Assembly: GCF_001194135.2 (NCBI RefSeq)
Contig: NC_068984.1
Coordinates: 63,360,559 to 63,414,895, forward strand
Direction of reading: 5' to 3'
DNA length: 54,337 nt
Origin: Octopus bimaculoides
Lineage: Eukaryota
A program made the position numbers and the translations under genes. The notes under the pieces were generated by a model. The model was not told the DNA's origin and made no database searches. It saw only the letters and a list, made by a program, of their open reading frames with translations. Shown here one piece after another: positions 21,131 through 36,518 of the stretch (positions within the stretch are counted from its first letter, which is position 1; each line of letters starts with the position of its first letter).

Positions 21131-23830
21131 AGAAATGTGACCAGATTATGATGAAGCATCTTTCGGCTTATTTCGACTTTTCAGTAACATCTACATTCAG
21201 GATTTGCGTGTTCTTATGGCTGGCTGTGAGTGCACGTATTTGAAAAGTTCCTAAGAGGCTGAAATCCATCTCATGTTTTAGGTTACCGCTGATGGGATGA
21301 CTTTTCGTCCCCCTCCAATAGTTGCCGCTGATGGGAAGACTTTTCGTCGCCCTCCAACTTTCATAAGAGACAATATCTGAAGGCGAATACTGCAGTAACT
21401 GGCCTGTCGATGGGATATATATATATTAAGTTTAACATATACATGCTTATTTTAACTTAATACTGACTAAATTGCATATTCCGGATTTTAATTAAGACGG
21501 AGCTGCTATCCACAACATCAGTGGGCGTTTTATTCAGTCTCTTATATATGGGAAGTGAAGAGTTCTTACCCAGGCATGTGGCTACTATTTCTAGCAGATC
21601 GAAGAACCTTGCGCCTAAAGTTGTTGCACATGGCTTCCGGCAGATCTAAGCATCCCTAGTTACTTGTTTAATTATGGTTTTTGTAATGTGAGCTACTAAC
21701 AAATATAATTATACATATATTAAGATAATCTTCTGTAGTATGTAATCGACTGAATTGAGAATTTAAGTAGAGACCAAATTTTGGAAGGATTTGCACATCA
21801 TGTATGGTGTGAAAATTTCAAGATAAGCATTTATAAACAAGTTTACTTGAATCTGAATTGCTTCGTGATTAGGTATGGGGATTGGTTTGTATGTGGTTTG
21901 CAGGGATATTCAGAACTATCAGCTATTAGGTCTTACTAACGCGAATCTACTTTCCTACTTAGCATAATCCCATACAGTTGAATTGAATTTACTATAGATA
22001 AAGCTGTAGTATATGAGAGAGATTATATGTGAGGAAATGAGGACTGATAGATCAACATGGGTGTGTATATTTCGGCATTTAAATGTAAATTGATGCTTAT
22101 TTGCATATTGTGTGCGTATATACTTGTCAGTACGAAGTTATAAACGTGGATGTATATCTGTATCGATAAACGTATGTTACATTGGCTATATCGAAATGTC
22201 AATAGAAAGCGAAAACTTCTCAATGCAACACTGTAACAATTATTTATCTGAAAGCAGTAGGAGAAACCGAATGATTACGAGCATCTCACTCATTCATAAT
22301 TTTGATCAGTAGACCTTGACATTCTTTGTAATGAATATCACTTAAGACAGGAAACATTTATACTGCTACATGCTTTAATGGAGGCTCCAACGTATTACAA
22401 ACCATCATTAATATCGAGATGTATCTTATAAGAAATGAATTGCTGATGCTGAAGAATTCATTTCTGTCATCGGTACCGTTACTGAACATGCATTAACGCT
22501 TCATCTATATGTAAGTGTTAAATCACGAAATCGACTATTGTGGTTCCAGTTAGAGATGAAAATATTAACGATATCTTCACTCACGCGGAAACAAGCGCTG
22601 TCCATTTGAATACAGAGCAGATTCGCTAATAGTGAAGCTGAGTACAGCATGAACCTCTTGCATTTAATAACATATGCAGCATATATGTCGTTTCCTTTCA
22701 TAGAAATATTGAAAATTCCGATGTACAGAAAACGTGGAAGGTCCACATTGTGCCTCTGATGCTACATATTTAACAATTATTTGATGTAATATTAAAGGCC
22801 ATATTTTAAAAGAAAGGTTAGGTAATTGTTATGTGATACGTAATGTGGTCCGATATGTGTCATGAACTTAAAATCACTTTACTTTTTGCAATCAACATTA
22901 TCAGTCGTTTGCAAAATTCTTTGAGAAACAGAGATGGTTTAGATAGTGTAAATCAATTCACATATTCGGCTACATCTCACCCACTCATTAGAGGTTACAG
23001 AAGTCTGAAGAATATTGAAAATTTAATGGAAAAATTATTAAAAAATGTGTCTTATTGTATTTCGTCGACTCCGACCGAGAAATTAAAATACAACTGCATA
23101 AATATAGGTTAAATATGAGATTATAGATCAGTAAACAGTCTGCTTCATTACTTTTAAGCAAATGAAAAGCACCTAAGTCGCGACTGATGACAAACAAAGT
23201 TTGCTGTGTATTTACAATTATAAACGGATTTAGATTTATACCTCAGACAGCAATCAGACAGTCACATTTGTCAGATTTATTGCTAAAATGAACATTGTTT
23301 TATTTCAAACAAACGCAAATTATATCGTTGCAAAAAATAAATAAATAAATAAAACAAACTATAGGTAACCAACTACAGATTTTGAAACGCTAGCACAAAC
23401 TTGAGGTAATGTGGATTAGCCCGAGAATTTTATAGTAATTCTTCTGGTGACGTTACTTAGCCCGTCGGCCACGCCCTCATATGAGTAAAGGAAAAGAGAA
23501 AAAAATGAGGGAGAGAGAAAAAGAGGGAAGAAGAAAAACAAGGAGAAAGAAGCGTCCATGATGTGAGATAGAGGGAATGTAATTGTAACGCTTTCATGTG
23601 ATTAGTTGAAGCGAAGGAGAGGAGAAAGTCGAAGGAGAGAGAAAAAAAGGATAAGGCAAAGAATGAGACAGAAAGAGGGAGAAAGAAAAAGGGGAGAGAG
23701 ATGCGTCTATGACGTGAAAGAAAGGGGGAACGTGATATTTATTAGGTGGTTTAAAAAGTCAGTTGAAGGAAAAGGAGAGTTAAAAAAATAATTTCAGCAC
23801 ATGGTTGAATTTCTGATGGTGAGGATAAAG

Positions 23831-23887
<57 letters not shown>

Positions 23888-26800
23888 NNNNNNNNNNNNN
23901 NNNNNNNNNNNNNNNNNNNNNNNNNNNNNNNNNNNNNNNNNNNNNNNNNNNNNNNNNNNNNNNNNNNNNNNNNNNNNNNNNNNNNNNNNNNNNNTAGTGA
24001 AAATTGTATTTTTTTAAAAATTGAACTACGTTTATTATATCACCTATCACTTAACGCATGTGCATAAGTGTAATTCTCTGAAATATTCACGTTTATTTAC
24101 GTGGTCGATATATATACAATTTAACTAAAGGTTGTATCATATGTACGGGATATTTTTTATACTTGTTTATGGGAAAACTGGAAAAATAAGAGTGAATATT
24201 TATCTTATGTGTGTTGTGTATTAAGTCTATAAACCTGTGCATAAAGTATATAAAATGTATATTTAATGTACACTTAGTAATCATCGTATTCCAATTTCTT
24301 TGCTTTTCAATGAATAGCATATGAGCGACTCCCTTTCCATACAGACACAACACAGGCTACGCTTTCAGGTTTTTTGGATAAAATTATATGTAATTACAGT
24401 ATGACTGGTCAGCAAGAAGCAGGTGAGGCTCATAACTTAATAGACAATGTGTTGCAAAATGTTTTCGATTTTGTGTCATAGGAATAATCTCAAACCTGTT
24501 GATTACAAATTTAACTTTAAAGCAAAAATATATTTAGAAATAACAGTGTAACGAAATCTTTTTATCTCTTGTTTTGTCTATGGTCAGTAAATGTTATTTC
24601 CTATTTGTTTCGATCCAGAAATCAAAGGAAATGCCTACTGTTCCCTTCAAACTTTGAGTTTGTGATCTGGTTATCAATGTTTTGAAACCGATATATTTTC
24701 CATTACATTTTAGACATATTCAGTGCTGAGTTGCTAAGACAGAAATATCATTATAGCAAATATTCTAATTAATACCACAGATTTGCTTGATACTTGCTTG
24801 GCAATAAACATATGAATATGTCCCTGACTGGCTGACAATATGTACATCTCTGATCCTGAGCAGGAGTAGTGGAGCAGCATCATAGTCATGTATTGAAAGG
24901 GATTCTTCGGGGCTTGAATAAATGTAACAAAAGCAAAGTTTGAAGGAAATATCACCCATTTTTCGTACTTTCTAAGGGTAAGGAAATAAGAAATAACAGT
25001 GGGTAGCCAAGGTCAAAAATTGGGTTACACTGGGTAATTGGATATAAATGGCAAGAATAGAGAATCTACTTTTATTTATTAATAACCATAATTCAAATAA
25101 ACTGTGTTTAACGATAATGATATAGCAGTTCCTGTTAGTAAAAGCTATGTACATGAGGAGATCTAGAACTTCTGATAAAGAATATTTAAGTGAGGTCAGA
25201 TATCTGCTACTGAATATGAAAACCTATATGCTACATTAGAAGCTTAGTCAACTAGAAAATAATAAATGACGCTCCTATAAATCCTACCCCACTATCTTAC
25301 AGTTTGGAAAAGAAAATAGTGGATACTGTAACCCGAGATACAATGTCAGAATCCAAATTGCTTTGATTCTGTTATATTGTCGCTTTCGAAAGTGAAAATT
25401 ATGCTTAGCGTTGTTTGGTGCGCTAAGACTGCTCAACCGGTAGAAACTCAAGGATGTAAGTCACAATTAATCTACACAGATTTAGTCTGAAATGCACGGA
25501 TTAGAAGAGCAGAAAACCGTGCGAATCTCCCTTTGTTCAACTTTTGTAAGAACAACTAAACTACTTCATCTCTCTGTAGATCAGACACGAGTAAACCTGC
25601 TTCACAATACAAGAAAAAGTCGAGATTGTTCGAGGCATCCCCCAGTTCATTCGCAAAGTGATGGAAAAGGAGAGAGATAAAAATAAAGAGAGGGTGAAAG
25701 AGAATGAGAGGGTAAGAGATAAACAGTGAAAGAGAAAGACTATAAGATATATTTACATCGCAAAGCAGAATATGTGTGCCAAATATGCATATGGGAACTT
25801 ACCTACGTTATAACCACACAAACATTTTCATAATATCTTAGTTATTTTATGGGCAAATATATCATGCAGCGCCAGTCTAACCTTCCATGTAATTTTTTGG
25901 CATAGTTGTAAGATGTTTCCACTCTATGCAAGATATATATAAGTAAACACACATGAAAATGTGTACCATTCCGAAAGTTGCGCATTTATCATTTGGTTTT
26001 GTACAGAATGAGAAAGAAGAAATCAGTTGAGCACTCACTACAGAGAAATAAACAGATGCGGAGAGGGAGAAGAGAGTGAAGAGGAGAAAGAAGGAAAGAG
26101 AAAATTGGAATGGGAAGGAGAGAGCGAGTTCTGCTATATCCCCAGGGACTATTTACTTACTGTTGCCGAATGTATGGTCATAAAAGGTGTGCATGTCAAC
26201 TTACCCACAATTGCTGTATACACAATTATTCAGCACTAAAATTTAATTATTCACGCAGATATGCGAAAGACTGAATGCTCATGGCAGTTTTGTAAATTGC
26301 TATAACCTGCTTCGACTTTCTGTTGAACGAAATCGACTACAAAATGTCAATATGACACTAATAACAAATGGAATTTAAACTAGATTTTCTTTGAGTGAAC
26401 TCTTGTTCGATAATACGTTCTACATAAATGCCATGGCTAAATGCCTGTTTATCACATAATATGAACGTCAAAATACAATTTATTCACACATACGCTGTTT
26501 TAGAACTTAGATATCTGGATCTATACTATCTACAAGCGCATATTTTGGTATGGCTGCGGTTAAAATCACCACCTGGTGCTTATAGTATGATGTGTAAGTG
26601 ATACAACGAGGTTTCTTTGGCTTTAGGATGAGCACGATTAGATATCACCTATAAGACTGCAATAAAAATCCGCAATTAGTCGACCGCCTCACAGGTTTGC
26701 TTTGCCTGGAGAGAAAGCTAAGATCTCTTTATACTGCATGATTGAATATATGTATATTAAGCATACGCATGCGGTCTTATTCACAATATATCAGTATTGA

Positions 26801-27422
26801 TGAATATACGTTTGGCAAGTTATTAAAACCAACGCATACTCGAAGCGTATCTGCAAGTAACCCGAAGATTCTACATAGAGGACGAATACGAGATGATACT
26901 CTTGATGATACACAGAGTATTCTGTAGTATAATCATACGCATACTTTCAAAGTGGGTGGCAGATTATATATATATATGCGTGTGTGTATGCATGCGTGTG
27001 TGGCATGTGTGCGTGTTTGTGGTATATGTGTGTGTGTGCTTCTCTGTGTGTATGCATATATGTATGTATTTATCAAATTACTTGTATAAATCCATTACCA
27101 ATTCCTCCCAAAATGCTATGCTAATATTTAAGACTTGATTTTAAGCCTCTGCAAGTGAATGTACTGATATGCACTTGAGAAAATCATCCCGCAATACACG
27201 TAGCGTCTTGCTTTTTAATTCTTTCATGTAATTCTAAACTACTTGATGTTCTTGATGAGACAGTAATATTTGGTTCCATCTATTTAAGTTGTTTATAGTT
27301 TCTTCCCTACAGAGAAATGCGTGTTGTTTCTCTTTAGAATCCTACACACGGCTCCTACACACAGACGCACACACATACAAACTCACATGAAGAGAGAGAG
27401 AGAGATGGAAAGAGAGAGAGAT

Positions 27423-27454
<32 letters not shown>

Positions 27455-27469
27455 NNNNNNNNNNAGAGA

Positions 27470-27506
<37 letters not shown>

Positions 27507-28449
27507 TGATACAACAATAACAGTTTGGTTGTAAATGGAAATGATACGTTAGGGTAGAGTTTTTAACCGAATTTTAGACAAAATTTAGCGGGTGGCTAAC
27601 ATGCAAGGGGGAAGCAAGAGAATTTCAAAGAAGATTAATAACCTTATGGAAACTACTAACTGTGGCCAATGAAGTATCAATAACTTCATAAATCTCTTTG
27701 TTCATTAATGTTATTTATAACGAGAACACGAAATTAACTGAATTTGACAATGTTGAACTTTAGATGTCGATCTGTAAAAGAGTTGTTTCTTAAACGACTA
27801 GATTGTATTATTGTTTATAACACTTTGGATTATATAATATAATGTTTTAAGACATTCTATGTATTGAGAGGCATCTGCTTCCCGATAAAAAGTCTATTGA
27901 TCATAAAGATCTAATGGGATAAGGCTCGTCACCATACTTTTGTGACTTTAGAATATCCTGGATGGGCACTAATTTGTACTAATTCTAAAGTGGAGTCAGT
28001 AAAGTGGAGAAAATGTGAGGGTGCACCATTGAATAGAGAAGGGACAGTGCCGTCTACTACACCCGCTTAGCGACGGGAATTGATTGGATGCGTGCGGATA
28101 CTCTGATACAGCAAGAGATATAACAAGGGAGCATTTGATAGAGCTAGTATAACTCATTCTTGTAGGATTTTATATCTTGAATAAATTTACTAAAATGTTC
28201 ACCTCAGGAAACTTTTGCCTAATCATATGTATGTAAAGTTTGGCGAACGCTAAAATCAGCCGTGGAAATTGGCTAACAATATTACAAACTGATATTATCT
28301 ATGATCTTAGTTTCAAGCGACAAACATTTTGATTACATAATACAAACACAGCGTGTTCGGTTTAACTTTGATAGTATGCATAAAAGGAAAAGAAAACACA
28401 TTATCCCATCCAAAAATAAAAGTAATAAAAAAAAGTTTTTAAATATCAA

Positions 28450-28840
28450 CGAGATTATGGCTGGGAGAATTCAGTTTCCTCAAAGTAACCGTCCTCATTT
28501 TCCACCATGGCCTTAAGACAGCTCAGCAACCTGGCAAAAGCGTTCTTCAATGTGTCCTGAGGAGATATTCAAACGCTTCCTTGATCTTAGTGAACAGCTT
28601 GGCCTTGATGTTTTTCGTAGAGTGCCCCAATATAGTAATTCTTGGGATTGCAGTCGGAGGAATTAGGGTGCCTGAAATTGGGGCTGGTTAAGTTGTGGAT
28701 ACTCTCTGAAGTTCTTTGTGGCTTTTTCCGAAAGCATGACAAGGAGCCGAATATTGCTACTACGCATATGGCCGTCTAGTATCAACCCTCTCCAACCATG
28801 CTTGGTTCCAGGAGCTTGATGAGAGTCTAAGGCTCTGTTC
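28450..28840 (-). mobile_element. Tc1/mariner-superfamily transposase relic (DD37D/maT-like C-terminal half)
   Basis: The minus strand reads WLERVDTRRPYA**QYSAPCHA (cf. RPYVWQQDSAPCH), TSPNFRHPNSSDCNPKNYY (cf. WPPNSPDCNPxDYY) and NIKAKLFTKIKEAF. Confidence 0.75.
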
Positions 28841-31269
28841 AAAAGTATAGGCTTGATTATCGGTGTGCAAACATAGTCAAAAGACTACTGTATCCTTTGC
28901 TGTTTGGTAAGGCTTCGTAATCTCTTTTGCCGCTGTCCATGTCACGTCTTAGATTTTTTTCAGTTTTCAGAGAGCATAAAACAAGAATTTGATGACAACG
29001 TTTTGATACCCGGTGCGACAAAATCATAATACAGGTAACTATATTTCTCATATACAGATGACTTCCAGTCCTCTTTGTCAGCTCACTTTCTCTGAAAGCT
29101 AGAGATTCAGTCAAACATATCAAAAACGTCCTTGTTTGATCGAAAATACTTTTCTACTAATTATAGGTATATGAATCCTTTCAATAAATGCAACCAGATG
29201 TCAAATGTTTGCTGCAGGGCAGATATGAATGATATGTTATCACATAAAATTAACCCATATACTGAGGGCGGTTACCCATGTAAAAACACACTCGGAATGC
29301 ATGCTGCAATGCACACGTGACCATATACAAGGCAGGGATTGTTTCAATAGATTCAAAAGTCAGCAATTTACAATATGCAATTCAGCTATATTGGAATGGC
29401 AGAGGGCAATTCAACATGATACTTAACATTTTCGCTATTTCGGCAAGGTTGATAAACGAAACTATATGTAAAGGCTCTTTAATCATATATGGTCTTTCAA
29501 AGATAAATTCGAACTATTGGGTCATTGAACAATCAAAAAATTCAGCAATAGTTGTGGTCTGTGCACTGCGGAGAGAAGGCAGTTTTTAAGTAATTTGCAG
29601 CCGAGGATATATATTGATGATTAGTCTGAAGCGTGTTGTCTATCAATATCCACGGATAAATAAATCTGACATATTTGGGTATAGATACCCAGAAATATAT
29701 ATTGTGTTTATGCACGTACAGACTAATGAATGAACCACAGTATAGTTTTTGGATATGTGCGTATCCCTCTTCCGCAAATATTTTTAACATGTTCCAGTTT
29801 ATCATCTTATCAATCTGTAATTAAACACTACTTTCCCTTTTACTTTCCCCCTTCTCTTTAATGTTTATGCAATTATATCGTTTTATTCTTCTTCTTAAGC
29901 TTTTCCCTATGCCTTTAATTACTTATAAGTGGCTAATTTCCATTTCACATTGAAATTAACATCTTACAATAATTTCTCAAATTTTATTCCATAACCGTTC
30001 TAAACTTAACAAACTAAATGTATTTCCCCAGGTTATTATAAATTCTCGAAACGTACATGTAAATTCAGTTATAACCAGTTGTGGTGGATAAGAAATATGT
30101 GAGTTGTGTTATCTGAATAAATGATTATCCCACTCGAATATAACAAACTTTTTATTAAGTTACGTTAAAAAAATTATACCTACGTTTAATTAATCGTTTA
30201 GTGTGGTTATGATTACCTCACACCAAGAGAGAAAGAGACGATTTAAGTGTAGCAGATTATGGGTCTTTTGTGATTATATTCTAATAATTGATTAGGGATC
30301 TTTTGTGACTTTACTCTCATAATTGCATGGTCAGTTGGTTATTCAAAACAAACAGAATAGCAAACCTTATATTCTTTTTCAATTTTGAAAATTTTTTTCA
30401 AAATCTTATGTCAGTTAGTCATTTTCTGATCATCAGAAGAAATTGTATCAATGAGATTGTTTAAGCATTGATTTTTTAATGATAGATAACATAAAAAAAA
30501 TACTTGTCAGGTTTACGTCATTAAGTATAACGAGAAAACTAACGAATATGCTTAGGTAGTGAAATAATAAAGCGAATATATTCTTTGTATTGTATAACGC
30601 CTTAATTGCTCCACATCATGAAACAAATAGCGATGGAATAGACTTTCTTTAATGTAGTATTTGTATCAAATATTCATTAAAGAAAAAAAAACGTTATCAT
30701 AAATCACATTTAAAATGCAGATAAAATAGCATTTGATATATCTACACGAAATTCGTATTCCAGTGATATCATTTGTTTATGCCTATGGCATATATTTGAA
30801 TGCTCACTGAAATCTGAAAGAAATAAAAATTAATCTTTTTCAACGAATGTCAAAAAGAAGTTTTGTTTACCCACATCTATGATTTAAGGCAAGTAATTTC
30901 GAGGAAATGAAGAGCGCGCTTATATGGATATTTACGTACACAAGATATACGTGATATGCATAATGTAAGATGTAACCATATATTTATAAAAGTATACATG
31001 CCTATATATAGATGCCGATATTTTGATTTGCAATCAAATACTAGGTAGTATAAACATGAAGCAGATATGGTACAATCGTAATGAATATGCCAATGAAGAA
31101 TGAAATGGTAAATTTGATACTTTTTGATCAAAATAACTACCTAAGTTCAAGAAGCTTGAATATAAAATAGTAGAATGTAAGGTAAATAAGTGAAGCCAGT
31201 TGCAAAAATGACAGTTGCAAAAATGACTAGATATGATATAGAATAATATGAATAAAATATTGAGATATA

Positions 31270-31680
31270 GGCGCAGGAGTGGCTGTGTGGTACGTAGCTT
31301 GCTTACCAACCACATGGTTCCGGGTTCAGTCCCACTGCGTGGCACCTTGGGCAAGTGTTTTCTACTATAGCCTCGGGCCGACCAAAGCTTTGTGAGTGGA
31401 TTTGGTAGACGAAAATTGAAAGAAGCCCGTCGTATATATGTATATATATATATATGTATGTGTGCATGTGTTGTGTATCTGTGTTTTTCCCCAAAACATC
31501 GCTTGACAACTGATGCTGGTGTGCTTAGGTCCCCGTAACTTAGCGGTTCGGCAAAAAGAGACCGATAGAATAAGTACTAGGCTTACAAAGAATAAGTCCT
31601 GGGGTCGATTTGATTCGACTAAAGGCGGTGCTCCAGCATGACCGCAGTGAAATGACTGAAACAAGTAAAAAGAAAAGAAA
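31270..31680 (+). mobile_element. SINE family A, full length (tRNA-like head, internal (TA)/(TG) microsatellite, 3' module, A-rich tail)
   Basis: A-box-like TGGCTGTGTGG, B-box-like GGTTCAGTCCC, acceptor-like GCGCAG/CTGCGT, microsatellite at 31433-31480 and a GAAAA-rich tail. Used as the in-window reference copy. Confidence 0.93.
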
Positions 31681-32434
31681 ATAATATATAAAAGAACTGG
31701 TAGTTCTACATACGTTAAAGATTGATTTTATTCGGTATATTTTCCATCCTATCCAGAATACATTAAATTTAATATCAAAGTTCACACTGTAAACTGACAA
31801 ACGCATACATTACCTAATATCCAAACAAAGATGAACACAACCCACTCAAAGAATCACAATTGTACAAAATAACAGCATATACAACTCATGTCTACGCAAT
31901 CCATCTCCAATAAAATAATTTATATTATCTTTATTGCATTATTAGGAACTGACACTATAAGAACACAGTACACCTACTACCTAAACCTCACCGTCACCGA
32001 ATAACAACACAACCAACTCTGAATATAGTCTGCGCATTCATCATCCGACGCTACACTGCATAGTTTACGAAGCATGTGAATTACAATCACATCCAACACA
32101 GAACATGACTCACAATTCAAACAGTCACACAGACCGATGAAATACAAGCACCAATGTACTAAAGTTATAATTTAGCAAACAGATCCCATAATGTGTGTCT
32201 TTATATATAATAATAATATAAGGGGTAATAGTAGTAGTAGGAATTGTTATGTTTCATTGGAATTTAGTGATTGCGCCCAGTTCTAAAATATTAGTTTGTA
32301 TAAGCTTACAAATTCTTGAAGCCACCTAAAGTACTTTGAGATTCTACGTGTAAGCTTGCATTTACATTGAGATACAGCGTTGCAAATAAATAATTTGATA
32401 TATTTCTGTACACTTTCTACACTAGTGCCCGGGG

Positions 32435-32477
<43 letters not shown>

Positions 32478-32984
32478 CTCATCATTTTTACAGATGTACG
32501 CCACATTTACACACATGCGCACAAACACACACACATAACTATACTCGCACATATATTACTATGTATAATACATATATTAATCAATAGTACATAAATATGC
32601 TTCTTGGTTTTTCACTTGAAAGGCAGGATGTCAACTTTCGTATATTTCTCCGACTTGGTCATTTCAAATATGTGTATATTTAAATGTCTAAATTCCATAT
32701 TATAAGCTTAAATCTAACTATCACTTATATTAAGTAAATAGCATTATTTCAGTGACAAAACAACTGTTATAATTCATATTGACAGAATGCATCGACATGT
32801 ACTTATGCAAACATTATCATTTTCAGCAAGCTTTCTGGATATACATATAAACTGAAGGATTGTGTGAATTTACTGAAGATCTGAAATGAATTACATTCCA
32901 TCATAATGAATGTAACAGAAATAATACCACTAAAGTTATATCTCGACATGATTTTATTTATTTTCTAACAAAGACAGCGTAATA

Positions 32985-33160
32985 AATTTCGGGAGTAGTT
33001 AGTCGAATTAAATTGGCCCGAAACATGTTTATTTTATCAAACAGAGAATGATGAAAATAAAGTTAATTTCAGTACGATCGGAACTCAGGTCGTCGAGATC
33101 CGGAACAGATATCACAGATCGTTTAGCTCAACGCTCTAGTGATTATTTTAATCCGCCATG
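32985..33160 (-). mobile_element. SINE family B, highly diverged
   Basis: Patchy matches (AAATTTCGGG, TTATTTTATC, GAACTCAG) in the expected order and spacing. Confidence 0.45.
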
Positions 33161-36100
33161 CTAGAAAAACATTTAATAATATAAGCGATAATAGATTTGC
33201 ACAACACCACAATTCTATATGACCTGGGCACACTTGATTCAATCGACGTCAATGATGCGCGTATTTAAAACCAAAACGATATCGTACAGAAGCTAGGCAG
33301 AGAACTGCGGGGAAGGTAACTTAATCTCATTCTGCCATCTAATTGATTCTCTATTCAACGCTTTATCATAGTAAATAATAAACACGTCTTACACGTAATT
33401 TCTTTAAAGAATCGAAGCCTTAGGAATAGATTAGAATCAATGATATTAAATACTCATTGATTTTGCCGAAAGAGAATCAAAGGGAGTGTTTAACAAATAG
33501 GATTCAGAATCGTATCATAGATTACATATTATGTTACATGCAGTTTGCTATTATTCCTGAAAGTGCGTCAGTTCTTTTCATCTTGATTGGATATAATAGA
33601 ATCCAAATGAAATCATTTGCCTCTTCAGGATAAATACAATAAATAAAAAAAGATTTCCAACAAAATTTCTCATGCATAAAGGAAAATTTGACCATTGTTA
33701 ATCATGGTTCCTATGTACTGACCATCATCAGCGCAGCATAATCAACCAGAGTCCACATAGTATGTAGACAGTAGATTGTGAAAAACAATTTTCGATAATA
33801 TTTTGCCTGTAGCTATTTGTATAATATTAAACAAAACTAATCTAATAACTCAGAATTAGTTGGGTATAATTTAGCAAAATGCTTTTGGGAGTTTTATAAG
33901 CACTTTAATAGAAATTCATTAAAAGAAATAGCAAATTCAGAACTAAGCAGTTTTGCATAAACAACAGTCAGTACACCACTAAAAGATATAATCTTTAAGA
34001 ATTACCAGAATGTTTCATTGAACTAACTCCACAGGCATTTCATAGCTATTTCCATGTTTCAAGAACATATGCACCTCACTGATGTCTAGATCCCAGGAAT
34101 TTAATGGTATTCCCATATTTTCATGGTATTCAGAGAATGAGCGCGTGACCTCCGCTAACTACCTTACTACTAATCTTTAATCAGAAATGCGTTTCTCGAT
34201 AGTTACAAAAATAAGTGAAGACTTGCTCGTGGACATCGATCATTGCGTTGTGTATTTAACATGTTTTAATGCCAGGATTATTATTATTAATTTCATAGTT
34301 ATCTACGATGGCACCAACACAAGTTTACTTTTTCAGAATTTGTTATTTTAACGCTCTGAAGCTCTCAGTATTTGTCTGCTTTTAACGCGCTTCTTGCAAA
34401 GCATATCTTGATATTTTTTAAAACTAAATTTCCATTTGTCATGACTGAAAGCTTAAGTTATTCGAATAACTTGTTTATTTTTAATTGCACAATTTGTATT
34501 TGATTTGTGGCTTTTTGCTGTTGTTGTTGGCTTCCATATCATACTGCTGTTATATTCATGAACGGAATAAGTGGACGCCGGGCGCATACTTTCTCCAACA
34601 CTTTTACACAATCTGTGATTGATGTCAACAACACTGGGTAGCGATTTGAATGACGTGCGTAAAAAAATTACCTCAATTGAAATTTTTTCCTTAGCTATAG
34701 AAAATCAAATATCCTTGCAGGAAAGGAAAGGGTGGCGGGGGTTGTATTTTGAGAAATTATAAAAAATTGTTAGAAAGTATGAACATGTAATATTTCTCTT
34801 TTTTCAATACGATTTTCGAGAAGTATGGTCTCAGTAACATCAATATTTTTTTATTTATATTAAACTGTGCCATTATCTTATCTCAATCTCGCTAAATTTT
34901 GCTTAAAAACATGCAAGTTACTCCGGGCTAAAAATGTTAGCCAAATATTTGTTTTTCTGATCAAGCGCAATCGTCTAGCTAGACAAAGGTCACAGATTGG
35001 GTAACGTTTGTAAAAATAATTTTCGGTTTTCTATGATCTTATTCTGTTTTACTGCTAACAATTATTTCTCCATTTTCTTTTGTTTTCCAACTAAAACTTG
35101 AATTCTTTCACGACTGTCATCTAGTTAGCCAACATCTATTGGTTTATTTAAACAATAACAATAAATTATTTGAGTTTTAAAAAATTGCCTTATACAACTT
35201 CATTTCTTAAAATAATCACTTTAAAATATTTGCAAGAATCTTACCTCTTTGTGACGATCAGTTCCATCTTGTCAATTCAGGAGCACAGTATAAATTCTGT
35301 TTATTACATAAACAAATAAAAAAANNNNNNNNNNNNNNNNNNNNNNNNNNNNNNNNNNNNNNNNNNNNNNNNNNNNNNNNNNNNNNNNNNNNNNNNNNNN
35401 NNNNNNNNNNNNNNNNNNNNNNNNNNNNNNNNNNNNNNNNNNNNNNNNNNNNNNNNNNNNNNNNNTACATGTATGTATAAAACAAAACATTTTTCTTCTG
35501 AAAGTTACTATACATATGTAGGATTAGTCTATGCTGAGAGCGTTATTTCACGGATGTTTAAGCTAAAAATCATAGCAAGTTAACGAGGTAGATAACCTTT
35601 TTATAAGAGCTATTTCGATTGGGTGACAATTTCAAAAGAGAATAGCTTTTTTATATAACCTAATAGTCTTTCATATATCATCAGTTCGCATCACAAACAA
35701 AGTGTATACATTGCATCTTAGGCACGTGTGCTTTCCCAAGGATTTTAGTTGAGCCATGTTCATGAAGTGAAAAAGGGTAGACAGAAATTATGTGAAAATC
35801 TTTTGGACAAATTATAAACGTAATTCTAATTTCCAGTATGGTTCGTGTTGATATCATGTTGATATGTCCTGGAAATTAAGGGTGTGCCTAATATTCTGTC
35901 TCTTACACTTTAATTCACGTGCAGATAGTTCAGTTAATCGAACGTCTGAAGTTTCATCATCGAAACAGCAACAAAGAAGTCTCTATTTAATTTTTTACTT
36001 GTTAGAAATAGGCTCCGAATTCCATCAAGGTATGTCACATTAAATAACAAAATGATTTCGCCTGGAATGACATTGATCAATAGTATACTCATTCACGTAG

Positions 36101-36518
36101 CGAAGCAGTAACAATACCAGAGTAACTAAATTTCAGAAAGAATTACATTCCCGAAAATATTGGTATATATGGTTGAGCATCATAATGTTTTACTTCTAAT
36201 AAATACTTCAAAGTAATATCTCAGTAAAATTAGTCAATTTACTGTAAGATTTTATTGATAAAAGGCGTAATGTCCAGCAGAATGTGAAATACCGTAACAT
36301 CATATTCCCAATATACTTTCACAGTCACACGTGAGACCAATATCCGATAATTGAATAAGTTTATTTTCAGTTTAACTCTCAGTTTAACTCTGTGGCGTCA
36401 ATAAATGTTGATGGTTAGTCATAACTCTTACTTCATACAAACACATTATTTATCGAAACATCTTGTTATAAGGATCTCCAATGTATCTGTTTATGCAGCT
36501 GATATTAATAAACTATAA

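Noticed and set aside
22435-22516. Possible + strand exon ending at TAT|GTAAGT
   Set aside because: The only open frame is preceded by a stop with no acceptor in between.
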